Positions 1 through 13,800 of a DNA stretch of 64,000 nucleotides are shown one piece after another. This DNA comes from Bugula neritina (lineage: Eukaryota; Animalia; Bryozoa), in assembly GCA_964035545.1 (NCBI GenBank), contig OZ037768.1:4062741-4126740 (forward strand), written 5' to 3'. The notes under the pieces are model-generated. The model was given only the letters and a program-made list of their open reading frames with translations. It had not been told where the DNA came from and made no database searches. The position numbers were made by a program, and so were the translations under genes. The first letter of the stretch is position 1, and each line of letters opens with the position of its first letter.

Positions 1-814
<814 letters not shown>

Positions 815-993
815 GAGCACCTGTTGTGTTGAGACAGTTCTCCACCAGGTGCTCTTTATAGTATGGTAAATTGATTGCTTGCGACACACTTGTGAATATT
901 GTTATATTTATATTAGTTCTATAGATTTTTTTTGAAATTTTTGTATTTTTGTGATTAATCTTTGGCAATTAGCTGTTGTAAACTAGGTAACTT

Positions 994-1084
994 GAATAGA
1001 GCCAGGTATAGCTAGTATGACGAACAATATACTCAAGTCTCGAGACCGTTATTGTTCTGATGTTTGTTAATAGGCTTTTTATTC
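994..1084 (+). promoter_or_regulatory. SECIS element (type II) in the TrxR 3' UTR
   Basis: Core ATGAC at 1017-1021 and TGAT at 1058-1061. Helix II GAACAATA/TATTGTTC. Unpaired AA at 1035-1036. Apical mini-stem GTC-TCGA-GAC. Helix I GAATAGAGCC/GGCTTTTTATTC. It lies ~210 nt downstream of the in-frame UGA. Confidence 0.88.
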
Positions 1085-1141
1085 GAATTACTATTTAAAT
1101 TTTAGATGCAGCTCCGATTATAAAACTGCCAAATTTATATT

Positions 1142-1147
1142 AATAAA
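1142..1147 (+). terminator. Candidate poly(A) signal of TrxR (AATAAA; a second one at 1340-1345)
   Basis: First AATAAA downstream of the SECIS. The context is AT-rich, so a chance match is possible. Confidence 0.45.
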
Positions 1148-1852
1148 CTATAACGTATCAACACAACCTTGTTAATTTGATTTCATAGAATGTGCAAGGG
1201 GTACCACTAAATGATACAATGATACAATTCACTAATGCAGTAGTTTTTTCATGTAAAGATTATATTTTATATAAGAAATATTTTATACCTGCTGTATATT
1301 ACAGTTTAATTCAAAATATACTTAACTATATAAAGGTGTAATAAAATTTAATATCCTGTACACTAAACAGCTATATTGTAATCAGCATCCGTTGATAGTT
1401 ATTCCAACATGTTAACATAGCATAGTTACAGCAAAAATGTTCAAGACTGGAGGCTCAGAAACAGCTCCAAAAAATTACAAAATATGTACATAGCTGGGTT
1501 TGTATGAGCATAAAATATATACCAATATTTGAAAAATACGTATAATACACCCTCTTATAAGCACTAAATGAATAATTTTTAAACCATGTATACAGAAGTG
1601 TTTGTACAAGATACAAAATAACGTTCTCATTTAAATAAGGTGCTAATTTCGGTAATATGTATTAGAATACCAAATTATAAATATGTGCCGAGTCTAAGAG
1701 GTGAGTGAAATCAAAGAAATGGCCCCACATTTCGTGAACATTCACCTCATAAAACACTGACACTAAATAATCGCGACAAAGTTTAGAGTATTTCTTAATT
1801 TAAAATGCCAACTAGTGAATGTAGAATAAAATATGTATGAATATGTGCAACA

Positions 1853-4800
1853 CTAATCCGAGTCGGAGAGCTCTTCGCTATAAGGTACAAGTGAGCTTAA
1901 TACATTAGTTTGATTCTTGTTATTCAAAACAGTATCTGTGGGAGTAGATACCTTTGTATGTACAATAGTTGGAACAGGTCCACGGGGAACAGTTAACTCG
2001 GTGTTGGTAACCTCAGTCGCTGGAATGTCTAGGTTATCAGTCAGTTTGTCAGGCAAAACTTCTTCACACCGACTGCTCACTGTTTTTACTAGATTCAATT
2101 TATCCGTGCTGTCATTGATTATAGTTTCTGGAGAAAGCATACTTGCAGAATCACACTCTTCCGTTGGAGCTTTACAGCTCTCAGTATTACTTTCTAAGAA
2201 AGATGGTTCATTACTACCTTCATTTAATATGCAGCTATTGACTGCTGTGTCACTAGTTGTCTCTGTGCATGTGTTGTCACTAGCCGTCTCTGTGCATGTG
2301 TTGTCACTAGTTGTCTCTGTAGCTAATGTTATGCATGCATTTGCACAAATTTCTGCGCTAGTTTGTACACTTTCGATATTATCAAATTTTGTGATAGTGA
2401 GGCTGTCATTTTCAGCACTCACAGTTTCACTGGTTTCAGAGTTCATGGTTATGCGAAGCTGCTCGGTTGTGTTGCTGCTGTCACCTTCCCCTGAGCTTTC
2501 GCAAGTCTCACCTTTTCCTGGTCCTTCATAAGCTACACAAGGTGCTGTTACCTTAAGAGCGATAGCTTCAGTGTTAATAGCAGTTTGTATGTGTTGAGAT
2601 TCTGAGAGGGGGGTGTCCCCATGAGCCGTTGTAAGTGAGTCCTCACTTGGTCCTGGCTGCTAAAACAATAGTCAGAATTTCATAACTTTCATTCTGGTCA
2701 GCATACATTGAACTTGACAGTATTTTTATGCAGCGGAAATTTTAATTCTCTTGAATAATACATGCTGTTACTTTATTCTCAATAATCTATCAAATTACTT
2801 TATTATATTTTATATTATATAACTAAGCATTTGAGAGATTTCGTAATTAATATCAGCACCTTAAGGTTAATTTAATCTACCAAGAGTTTCTCTGGGTGTA
2901 ATTAAAAACTCGAATTATAAAAAAAAACATTTACTGACTAAAATGTCAAAGCAGCGGTAAAACCAAAGCAGCCCTCAATGACAACACAAGCTCCAATTAC
3001 AGTTCGCCCTTCAGATTGACAATTATTCAAAATAGTTGTGAAAGCACTTTTAGACAACAATAGACAAGTGTATTGGCATAATTTCCCAAGTTCATGGTAA
3101 ACTCACATCAGCTGGAGACATGGAATCGGCAGCAGGTGTTGAAGTAGGTGATGAGGAAGCTGGTCTGTAAAAACAACAAAAGAAAGTAGACAGCAAAGTA
3201 ATGTACAGCCTGCAAGAAAATAAAAACAGCCAGCTGTTTTATCTCTAACCACAGGTGTTACTAGACAGCATAATCAAGCTGTACACTCACAAGCTAGCTT
3301 CAGATGTTGACAGTTGTGCTTCTGAAGATGTGGCAACTATAATAGCAGAAGTATGTCTTTCAGTCAGGAGATTACAATCGGCAGCCAGCCTATTTCCTGT
3401 CACATCTGAATCTCCTGCCGGTACACTGTCTGCTGTTACACTGTCTGAACTAGGTGGTTCACCATCTGCCGGTACACTGTGTGAACTAGGTGGTTCACCA
3501 TCTGCTGGTACACTGTCTGAACTAGGTGGTTCACCATCTGCTGGTACACTGTCTGAACTAGGTGGTTCACCCTCTGCTGGTACACTGTCTGAACTAGGTG
3601 GTTCACCATCTGCTGGTACACTGTCTGAACTAGGTGGTTCACCATCTGCTGTTACACTGTCTGAACTAGGTGGTTCACCATCTGCTGGTACACTGTCTGA
3701 ACTAGGTGGTTCACCATCTTCTGGTACACTGTCTGAACTAGGTGGTTCACCATCTGCTGGTACACTGTCTGACCTGGGTGGTTCACCATCTGCTGGTACA
3801 CTATCTGAACTAGGTGGTTCACTATCTGAACTGAGTGTTACACTGTCTACAGGTGGTGATTCAACAGTTCTAGTATAAGCGGGCAGATCACCAGCCGTAT
3901 CGGCTTCCACCTCATCAATACTTTCGTCTAAGTCATGTGACTGCACTACAGCTCTATCCACTTCGTCATACGCTGTTGAGGCAGCGAGTTCGTCAGTCAC
4001 TGTTGAGGCAGCCAGTTCGTCAGTCAGTGTTGAGGCAGCAAGCTCTCCAGTCACTGGCGCGTCAGCTTCTTCAGTTACATCCATTGGTTCAACGACCTAT
4101 GCATGAATACAAAAATTATCCCATAAGTTTTCATCAAAAACATCCAACATTAAACTGAAGCAGTCAAGTCTCTACAACATTAGCCAGAGGTGGATGGCAT
4201 TTTAGCTTCGGTTTCAATTGGCATTAGTAAAACTCACAGTACTACTTTGACTAGCATGTCCGAAAAATGTAGTTTATTACACAGTGACGAAATCAAACAA
4301 CAAGCACCAAACTAATTATTACTTTACCGCACACTTGGCTTTCTAAAATATACTATAAGAAGTGGTGAGACCATTAGTATAACCCTGATAACTATGTGTT
4401 ATGAAGTACACTGTTGTTAGAACTCGATTTTATCAACTGTACCTCGTGGGGAGATTCAGTGCTACTATCAAGAGTTGCCGCCACATGGTTGTCTTCAGCA
4501 TCTTCCGGCATCACATCATCCACGTCAGCGAGAGAGGGAATCCCTTCTAGAACATACATTCAGCGTTTTCACATTTGTACGAAGAAATAAAGATGAATGG
4601 TTTTAGAAAGAAAATTTAGAAATAAAAACAACACAGATAAAGCTTTCTATTCGGTTTTTTGTAGGTTTTGGAGAAAAACAAATGAACAGCACAAGAAAAC
4701 ATGTCCGGATATTGCAGAAGAAGCAAATTTAAGAAAGTTGTTGAAATTTATATATTAATAATCACAACAGAGTTTTATAAAAAATAATAAATCATCGTAG

Positions 4801-7800
4801 AGCAGTTAGTAAAAAATACAGTACACTAGGACCACACACAAACATGCAACCAAATTTCAACAGTGCACCAACAGCTTATAAGATGAGTCTAGAGCTTTCA
4901 CATGCCATAGAGCACTATATGCTGGCATTCGAACCAATCTAGCAATCGTGAAATGCTTCGACACTTACCAGTTGAACAGTCAGGTTTTTCTATGAGCAAA
5001 AACAATACAAACACACATAAGCATGAGAATGCAACACTAACAAAGGGGATAGCAGATAGCTCCAAAAACAACGAGCAACTTTATAAAACAAAATATAAAG
5101 TACCTTCAGTGTCCATAGGACTTTCAACAATGCTAGAATCATCTCCATTTTCATCAACACCAGGAGGAATAGCATCCGATTCTACCCAATCAACCTCATC
5201 GGTTGGATCACTACCGGCCTGGGCACCGACTCCCTGAGAAATATCCGCACTAGGCATTGCGCCAGATGTGGCTGAATGTAGCTGATTATCCACATCCAGG
5301 TCACTTGGCAGATCTTCGGTTTGGTCGAGTGTGTCACCAGTAGCTGGACTCATTCTGGCATTAGTGTCACTCGAGTCTGTCAGCAAACTCGCATCTCCAG
5401 ACACGTTCTCATCAGTTTGATGTTCGACAGGTTTATCCGGAGTTGGAGTTGTGGTTATGAGCTTTCCATCGGCACTGACGTCCTCCAATACAGTGCCAGA
5501 CTGACCTGCCACACTCTCATCAATCTCACTTGCAGTTTCATCTACATTCTCATCTGACTCAACTACAGCAATGGCAGAGTCTTTACCAGTACTAGTTAGC
5601 TCATCTGCTGCAACTACTTCTCTATCCTCTGAAGCACGATCATTATCTTCTGCAATGTCTTGCTCATCTGCTGCAACTTCTGGCTCATTTGCTGTAACTT
5701 CTGGTTCATCTGCTGCAACTTCTTGCTCACCTTCTTCAACTTCTGGCTCATCTGCTGTAACTTCTGGCTCATCTGCTGCAGTTTCTGGCTCATCTGCTGC
5801 AACTTCTGGCTCATCTGCTGCAGTTTCTGGCTCATCTGCTGCAGTTTCTGGCTCACCTGCTGCAACTTCTGGCTCATTTTCTGCAATTTCTTGCTCATCT
5901 TCTGCAACTTCTTGCTTTTCTGCTGCAGTTTCTGGCTCATCAGTTGCAGTGTTTGGCTCATCTGCTGTAACTTCTTGCTCCTCTGCTGCAGTTTTTTTCT
6001 CATCTGCTTCAGTGTTTGACTCATCTGCCGCAGTTTCTGGTTCATTTGCTGCAGTTTCTTGCTCATCTCCTGTAACTTCTGGCTCATCTGCTGCAACTTC
6101 TGGTTCATCTGCTGCAATTTCTGGCTCATCTGCAGTAACTTCTTGCTCATCTTTTGCAGTGTTTGGCTCATCTGCCGCAGCTTCTGGCTCATCTGTTGCA
6201 GTTTCTGGCTCATCTGCTGCAACTTCTGGCTCATCTGCTGTAACTTCTGGCTCATTTTCTGCAACTTCTGGTTCATCTGCTGCAATTTCTGGCTCATCTG
6301 CTGTAACTTCTTGCTCATTTGTTGTAACTTCTGGTTCATCTGCTGCAGTTTCTGGCTCATCTGCTGCAACTTCTGGTTCATCTGCTGCAGTTTCTGGCTC
6401 ATCTGCTGCAACTTCTGGTTCATCTGTTGCAGTTTCTGGCTCATCTGCTGCAACTTCTGGCTCATCTGCTGTAACTTCTGGCTCATTTTCTGCAACTTCT
6501 GGTTCATCTGCTGCAATTTCTGGCTCATCTGCTGTAACTTCTTGCTCATTTGTTGTAACTTCTGGTTCATCTGCTGCAGTTTCTGGCTCATCTGCTGCAA
6601 CTTCTGGTTCATCTGCTGCAGTTTCTGGCTCATCTGCTGCAACTTCTGGTTCATCTGCTGCAATTTCTGGCTCATCTGCAGTAACTTCTTGCTCATCTTT
6701 TGCAGTGTTTGGCTCATCTGCCGCAGCTTCTGGCTCATCTGTTGCAGTTTCTGGCTCATCTGCTGCAACTTCTGGCTCATCTGCTGTAACTTCTGGCTCA
6801 TTTTCTGCAACTTCTGGTTCATCTGCTGTAATTTCTGGCTCATCTGCTGTAACTTCTTGCTCATTTGTTGTAACTTCTGGTTCATCTGCTGCAGTTTCTG
6901 GCTCATCTGCTGCAACTTCTGGCTCATCTGCTGCAACTTCTGGCTCATTTTCTGCAACTTCTGGTTCATCTGCTGCAATTTCTGGCTCATCTGCTGCAAC
7001 TTCTGGCTCATCTGCCGCAGCTTCTGGTTCATCTGCTGCAGTTTCTTGCTCATCTGCTGCAACTTCTGGCTCATCTGTTGCAACTTCTGGCTCATCTGCC
7101 GCAGCTTCTGGTTCATCTGCTGCAGTTTCTTGTTCATCTGCTGCAACTTCTGGCTCATCTGCTGCAGTTTCTGGCTCATCTGCTGCAACCCCTTGCTCAT
7201 TGGCTGCAACTTCTTTCTCTTCCGCCAAAACCACTTCTTTATTTGCTAAGGCCTCATCATTATCTGCCGCAGTTTCTTGCTCATCTGCTGTATTCATCAC
7301 TGCAGCCACTACTTGAGACACAGCATCTGCTCTGGCTATCCCACCTGCGTTGTCTGCTTCATCAGCTGTATTTGCCTCCTCACTGCTTTTCTCCAGCTGA
7401 GCAGTAGTCAACTTTTCTCCAGAGTCCTCACAAACTGCATTGGATGAACCTCCTTCTGCCACCCCATCACCTGCTTCAACCTTACTCTCCATGCCAGCAT
7501 CATCTGCTGTATTGACTGCAACGTTCAACTTATCTGATGTAGTTACTTCATCTGCTGAGGTCTCATTATCTGTGGAATATGTATCATCTATAGCATTTAC
7601 TTCAACTACAGCTGCTTTATCACTTTTGTTTATTTCACTGCCTGAACTAACTTCATCTATTGTAGCAACATGATCAGCATTGTCTTTCAAATGCATTACA
7701 TCACTTGAGTCGGCTGCAGGAGATACGTCCTGTCCAGCTACTAGTTCAACAACTGCAGGATTGTTTGGTGCAGATACTGCACTCGGAGAGCCCACATGCT

Positions 7801-10800
7801 CAGCTGAATCTTGAGTCAACTCAGTAGGTGCTGGCTTCTCATCCAAGAGAGGAGTTGAAGAGCGACTGCAAGAGTCGGACTCACTGTCGGTCAGGAGAGG
7901 AGCATTTGATGATACTCCGGAAGTTTCTTCAGGAGATGAGGTTGCTGTCTGTTCTAGGACCGCTACAGTGCAGCCAGACAAAGATGGCTTACTGGGTTGG
8001 TCGCTCAGTGAGGTGGTGCCTTCCGCAGAGTAATGGGAAGATAACGCCGCTTCTGACGTGGCCAGCTGGCGAGTGGCGGGTATCTCGGCTGACGTCAGCT
8101 CAGCAGGAGTGTTGTCATCCGTTGCTTCAGAGATACTTCCCACTTCCTTTTTCAAAGTTGGAGAAAGTGGGAGAGCCACGTCATCTCCTGACTTCACAGC
8201 AGAATGGTCACCAGTTTCTTGATTCTCACACTGGGAATCAAACACCTAAAACCATGCAAATTCTAATATTGGAAAACAATCAAGTAAAAAGATAATTGAA
8301 AAAACCTTAAGGTAAAGTTTCAAAAGTAGGAGAGCCATCACACAAAAATAACCTAGAACTTATGTTGGTGCAGCATCTTAATAACTACTCTATGAAGATG
8401 AAACGGTAAGACAGGGCAGAAAAGCATGTCATACATTCTATTAGCTCACCTCTGGTACACTAGAAGGTAGTTTAGAATCTGCAGTATCTAGTAACCTAGT
8501 ATACTCTTCATCCAATGGAATATTCACAACAGGAAGTGAGGAAATTGACTCCCTCAATGGCGACGATGGCTCATCAGGCTCGTGTACCGATGAGACACAT
8601 CTCTCATATGCTGAAAAGGGGTATGTGAACATAGAACTACACTGCAAGAAAACTTTGGTGCCAACAATTAACATTGAAAAATTTGTAACACAGATTCGAA
8701 CACACATGGGGAGGCTTAAACTCGAGATTTCATAGTGAAACTAACCTGGTGCACCAAGTTTAGTTTCCTTTTCAATTGGTTCAACAGAACTTTCAACAGG
8801 ACTTTCTACAGGTTCTGCTTGTTTTCGAACATCTACTTCTGAGACGGATGAATTTGATGACATCGAGGGCATTTCTGTTGGTATAGATAATGTTTCTTCA
8901 GGTGTAATAGGTGTTTCTTGAGGAATAACAGGTGTTTCTAGAGGGATTGCAGGTGTTTCTAGAGAGATTGCAGGTGTTTCTTGAGGAATGGTAGGTGCTT
9001 CTTGAGGGATTGCAGGTGTTTCTTCAGGAATAATAGATGTTTCTTGGGGGATAATAGATGTTTGTTGAGAAATTAGAGGCATTTTTATTGGCATAGATGG
9101 TATTTCTTGAGGAATGACAGGTGCTTCTTGGGGAATTGCAGGTGTTTCTAGAGGGATTACATGTGTTTCTTGAGGAACTGCAGGTGTTTCTTGTTGGGGG
9201 ATAATAGGTGTTTCTTGAGGGATAATAGGTATATCCTGAGGTGATTGTACAGAGGTATCTGCAGTTGGAGAAGCTGGTGCAGAAGATATTGATGCGAGGT
9301 GAACCGGTGAAGAAGGTGGACTAGTAGCAATGGTGGCTGGCGGACTGAGATTGTTAGAAGTTGTCATACCACTGGAATTATGTGTTGCATTGTTTGATGA
9401 TGAGTCATTGGAGTCGTCAGACGACGAACCTGCACTTTGTTTGTGAACAGCTTTGTCACTTGTAAGAGTGTCTGTCGTAAGAGGCAACTTAACATTAAGT
9501 GGCCGTGCAAGCATAGAGTCAAAACCAGAAAATGAACTACTACCCAGTCCAAAAACAGGTGGTAAACTCATCTCGGTGAGACCGGGAGTTGAAGCTTGCT
9601 TGGTAGCAGATTCACGCTCTGGGATAGCTTCACTTGCTTTCCTATCAGAAGAAGTATGCTCCATTTCCAAATGTTCGTCTTTTTCATCTTCTTTCACTGT
9701 TTGGGAATCACTCTTGGCAGGAGTTGCATGGGAGGTTGGCTTACTCGGAGCATCTTCTGCGATAGAGAGACCAGGCTCGGTATCGCTGTCTTCATCATCA
9801 GTAGAAGCAGTCAAGAAAGCTGGCATGTCCACTGGCTGTTTGTTAACATTAACAGGAAATAAAGATGACATAGAAGTGGGCAGCAGATGAGTCATCTTCA
9901 CAGTTGGTTGGACCAGTTGACTCAGCAACTCAGCTTGTCTATCAGTAAATATCTTGCTCACACTTTCTGGAGTCTTGAGAGAAGTGGGGGAGAGCGGTAT
10001 GGCTTTGGGCTGCATGCCAACAGGACCTCCGTGCTCAGTCGTCGGTGAAGAGGGTCCTTTGTCTGTCGGAGAGAGTGGAGTTGGCTCGTCAAGAGGGATG
10101 GCGCGAGGTAAGCTAACCTCATTAGCCTGGTCTGACTCGTGAGTTGGTGATAAGGGTATTAGTGGGATTACTTTGGGTGTTTTCATAGGTTTACTAATGG
10201 TAGGGGAGAGTAACTCCACTGGTGCCTTAGTCGGGGAAGCCGGCTCGGCAGGCTGTTCAGTAGACTGCTTTGACTCTGCAACCTTTTCAGATGAGCCCAG
10301 CTCGACAAGCTTAGTATCCTGCAATGAAGCTTCAGCTGCTTTCTCAGCAGCAGCAAGTTTTCTTCGCTCCAGCACCTCCTTGAGGGGAACAATTCTTTTC
10401 GATTTTGCTTTTGGTGCGGCTGCCTTCTCCTGGGTAGATGGAGTCTCAGCACCAACGGAATCTGTTTTCTCACCAACAGACAGAGTATTGCCACTTGCTT
10501 CTTCTACAGAACTAGCTTTAGGCTCAGGTATGGCTGGTTTCTCAGCTGTAACTTCTGTCACTTTTACACTTGACTCTTCTAAAGTGATAGGAGAAATTTT
10601 AAGCATGGGCACAGCATTTTTCAAGATGCCTCTTTTCTGTATTTGAGCAACTTCTGCCTTGTCAGATGATTCCTTGACGTTACTTTTCTCAGCTGTGGAA
10701 AGCGACTTGGTCTGAAAAATAACAGGTTATATGGATTAAAAATTTATTTACATAATAATTTGGATAGTATTTATCATAACTACAACGCCAAGTGTAAACA

Positions 10801-13800
10801 TTTACACAATACTAACACTTAAGGCACCAGCAGATAAAGGGCTTCCGGCAGCTGAGATGCTTAAAACTGATAATAAGTAGCAAATAGTACAAACTGTTCA
10901 CACCTGTGAAACACTTTTGCTGGCTGTTGGGAAATTGGAAACTACTGGGGGCTTCCCAGGCTCTGTTTTTTTGACAACAATTGGTGTCTTCACATTGACA
11001 TTAGGTGCTCGGGCAGCAGAGGGTTTACTGTCGACAGCGCTGTCAGGATTAGCAGGTGAAATAGTGATCTGAACCTTCTGAGTTGCCTCTGCGACAGGCT
11101 TGGGCACTTTATCAATCTACAACACAAATATCAGCTTACTAGAACCTGATAACGTATGTGAAGACAACTTGAAAAAAGGCGTTAGGAAGATAAAACACAA
11201 GTTATAGAAGCTTAAACTATGTAAGCGAGAAAATGAACACACCAACAGGCAACAACTGTACAACACTAAACTACACTACAGTCAATTACCTTGTCCAATT
11301 TCAGAACCATTTGTTTGCCTGATTTACCCTCTTCCATTTCCTTATTGGCTTTCTCTTTTAACTAATAGAAATATAAACAAGTGTATTACTTTCATTGGTC
11401 TAGCTAAGCATCAAGTTGAGAATCACACCACTGTTCTACTAAAGCAGTATTTAGAGCCAGCCATTAATTAAGCGTCAAAAAGAAAGCCATAAGGAACAAC
11501 AGCACTAGAGTTGGTGACACGAAAACCACGTGGTTTTATTGACAGAGCACATGTAAAGCGCATTTATACAAGCATACCTCAGTCTGTTTTGTCTGTGATC
11601 TGTCCTTAACTTTACTATCAGTTCTTGGTTTACCAGCTCCACTGCTCCTAGCTTTGCTTCCAGAAGTCTCCTTATCATCTTTAGATTTAGAGTCTATTTT
11701 AGTTTTGTTGTCGGACTTGCTTCTACTATCAGTCTTGTTTCTGGTAGTGACATCACTGCTGGACTTGGAATCCGGAGAAGATTTAGGCTTGCTCTTGTCA
11801 GGAGTGCTAGCACTCTTGTCATTGTCAGACTTTAGAGATTTTGCAGGTGGTTCAACACTGTCCCCGGAGCGAACAGAACTGCTTCTACCACGGCGCAATG
11901 CCCTCGTCGGCTCCTCATTTGAGTCGTCTGCTTTGCTCTCCACCTCAGATGCAGTTCGTTTCTTTGGTATCCTCGGGAGGGAAGAGAGAGACCCCTGCGT
12001 AGGTGGTCGAGTAGACTTGTTCAAGTCTTTCCCTTTCTTTGACTTTTCCTGAGCTTGCTTCTTCTCTGGTGGCCGGCGAGACTGCAACAGAAATAGGTAT
12101 TGCTACAAACACAAAGAAACTCTACTGGAGCAAAATATTGAAATTATTACATTAAAAAATTTCATTGGAAACCACCATTGGCAAGAGATGGAAGGGGTGG
12201 ATAACAATAGGCTAACCTTTCTAGCATTTCCAGCGGCTTTCTGTTCAGAATCACCAATCTTATCACCGGTCTCCGACACACTTTTCTTTGCATCTCCAGT
12301 GGCTGTGGGAGCAACACGTTCTGTAGAAATCTCAGACGTCTGAGTGACAGTATTTGAATTGGCTGCGTCCGCATCCTTCGGAGTTTTCAGCTCTCCCTTG
12401 GTATCGGCAGAACGCCTGGTCATCCTCTCAGGCGCCAAATTGGAAGATTTCTCACCAGACGAGTCAGCCGGAGTTTTAGATGTCTTACCATACGTGTTCC
12501 GGCTTCGACCTGTAAAAACATGGATATTTACAGTTATAAATATCAGAACTTGCATATCTTCAACAGACAAATCACAATGTGAAATATGCAGTTGGTGATT
12601 TGAAACAAAAAACATCAAAGTTTAAATTGGAGAGAAATGAATGAATTCTTACTAAGTGATTTCGTTTTACTGTCATTATAGTCCGAGTCTTTAGATTCTG
12701 CACCAACTTTAGTTGGCAACATTTCTTTACTAGATTTAACATCCTTTGAGCCACTACGCTTTGCGGACTCAACATGAGGTTTGACCGCTTTGCTGCCTGG
12801 AGCTGGCTGTTGCTTGGGACTAGGTTTGTCTTCTTTTCTGGGCGGAGCAGCAGATTTGCTTTTTGCAGTCGCGTCTGGCTCAGCTGTTTTTAAGGATGCT
12901 TGTTTAAAAGACTGAGATTTTGATTTTGGTTTAGAAGGCACTGGAGGTTTAGGGGGAGGCTTGGAGACGATATGGATACAGTCAGCATACACTTTCTTTG
13001 TCACGGAATGTCCATCAACCAAAGCTAATTTAGTTTTACCAGCCAAGGTTTTGACTATGTCTTCAACAGCAGTGAGCCTAGTTTTCTAAAACACCAAACC
13101 GAACGTGAGTTACATTACATGCAAGTAACACAAGGGCGTTATTACCTAATATAACTTGTAGCGAGATCTTTCTAAATTAAATTGGAGTTGTTTTCTTTTT
13201 CACAAAGCTTCTACTGTTAGAATTACAAAAAAGCTTTCAGATAGATAATTTGTATATTATAAAAAAATGATTTTGCCAATATATCATAAGCCAACTAATA
13301 GTTTTTGAAACTTACTAATGGAATTATTTTTAATTTACCAATAGGTATTATACAATTATCACTGCACAACACAAGTTTTCCACTTTTATAAATTACATTT
13401 GATGTTTAGTGCTTTAGTGTAGTACATGCCCCGAAAAAGAGAACTCTCAATTATGTTTTAGAAAATAAATAAAGCTCTCTTTTGAAATAGTAGTATATAG
13501 CAGAATAGAATTTTAGAACATGTAGTCTAATGGTAAGTGACTTTATAACAGTACGTATATTTACATTGAATAGGATGTGTTTTGATAATTTATACTACAA
13601 GTGTGAAGTGATACTCAAAAAAATTAATACTGAAAAATTTTGATTGCAAAAAATTTGCACAAACAACATTCAATTTGCAGGTGGCACAACAGGAAATGCA
13701 TACAAAATATCTGAGACCAAAATTTTTATCGTTGAACAAATACAAGAGCAGAAAATTCCCAAATCAACTGGCTGTAGTATCTCACTTCCGTGTAGTTCAA

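Noticed and set aside
3440-3830. CRISPR-like appearance of the 36-bp repeats
   Set aside because: The units are directly tandem with no unique spacers, lie in a eukaryotic exon, and no cas genes are present.
3255-3878. Plus-strand ORF with [12 protein letters not shown] repeats, and other antisense ORFs over ASH1L exons (1917, 9453, 10173, 11654, 22188)
   Set aside because: Antisense shadows of low-complexity coding exons, with no independent gene structure.
5571-7316. Long ORFs in other frames (SSAATSG-, QQMSQKL- and CCNFWLI-repeat proteins)
   Set aside because: Shadow frames of the stop-poor 21-bp repeat. Only the ADEPEVA frame has splice sites in phase with the neighbouring exons.
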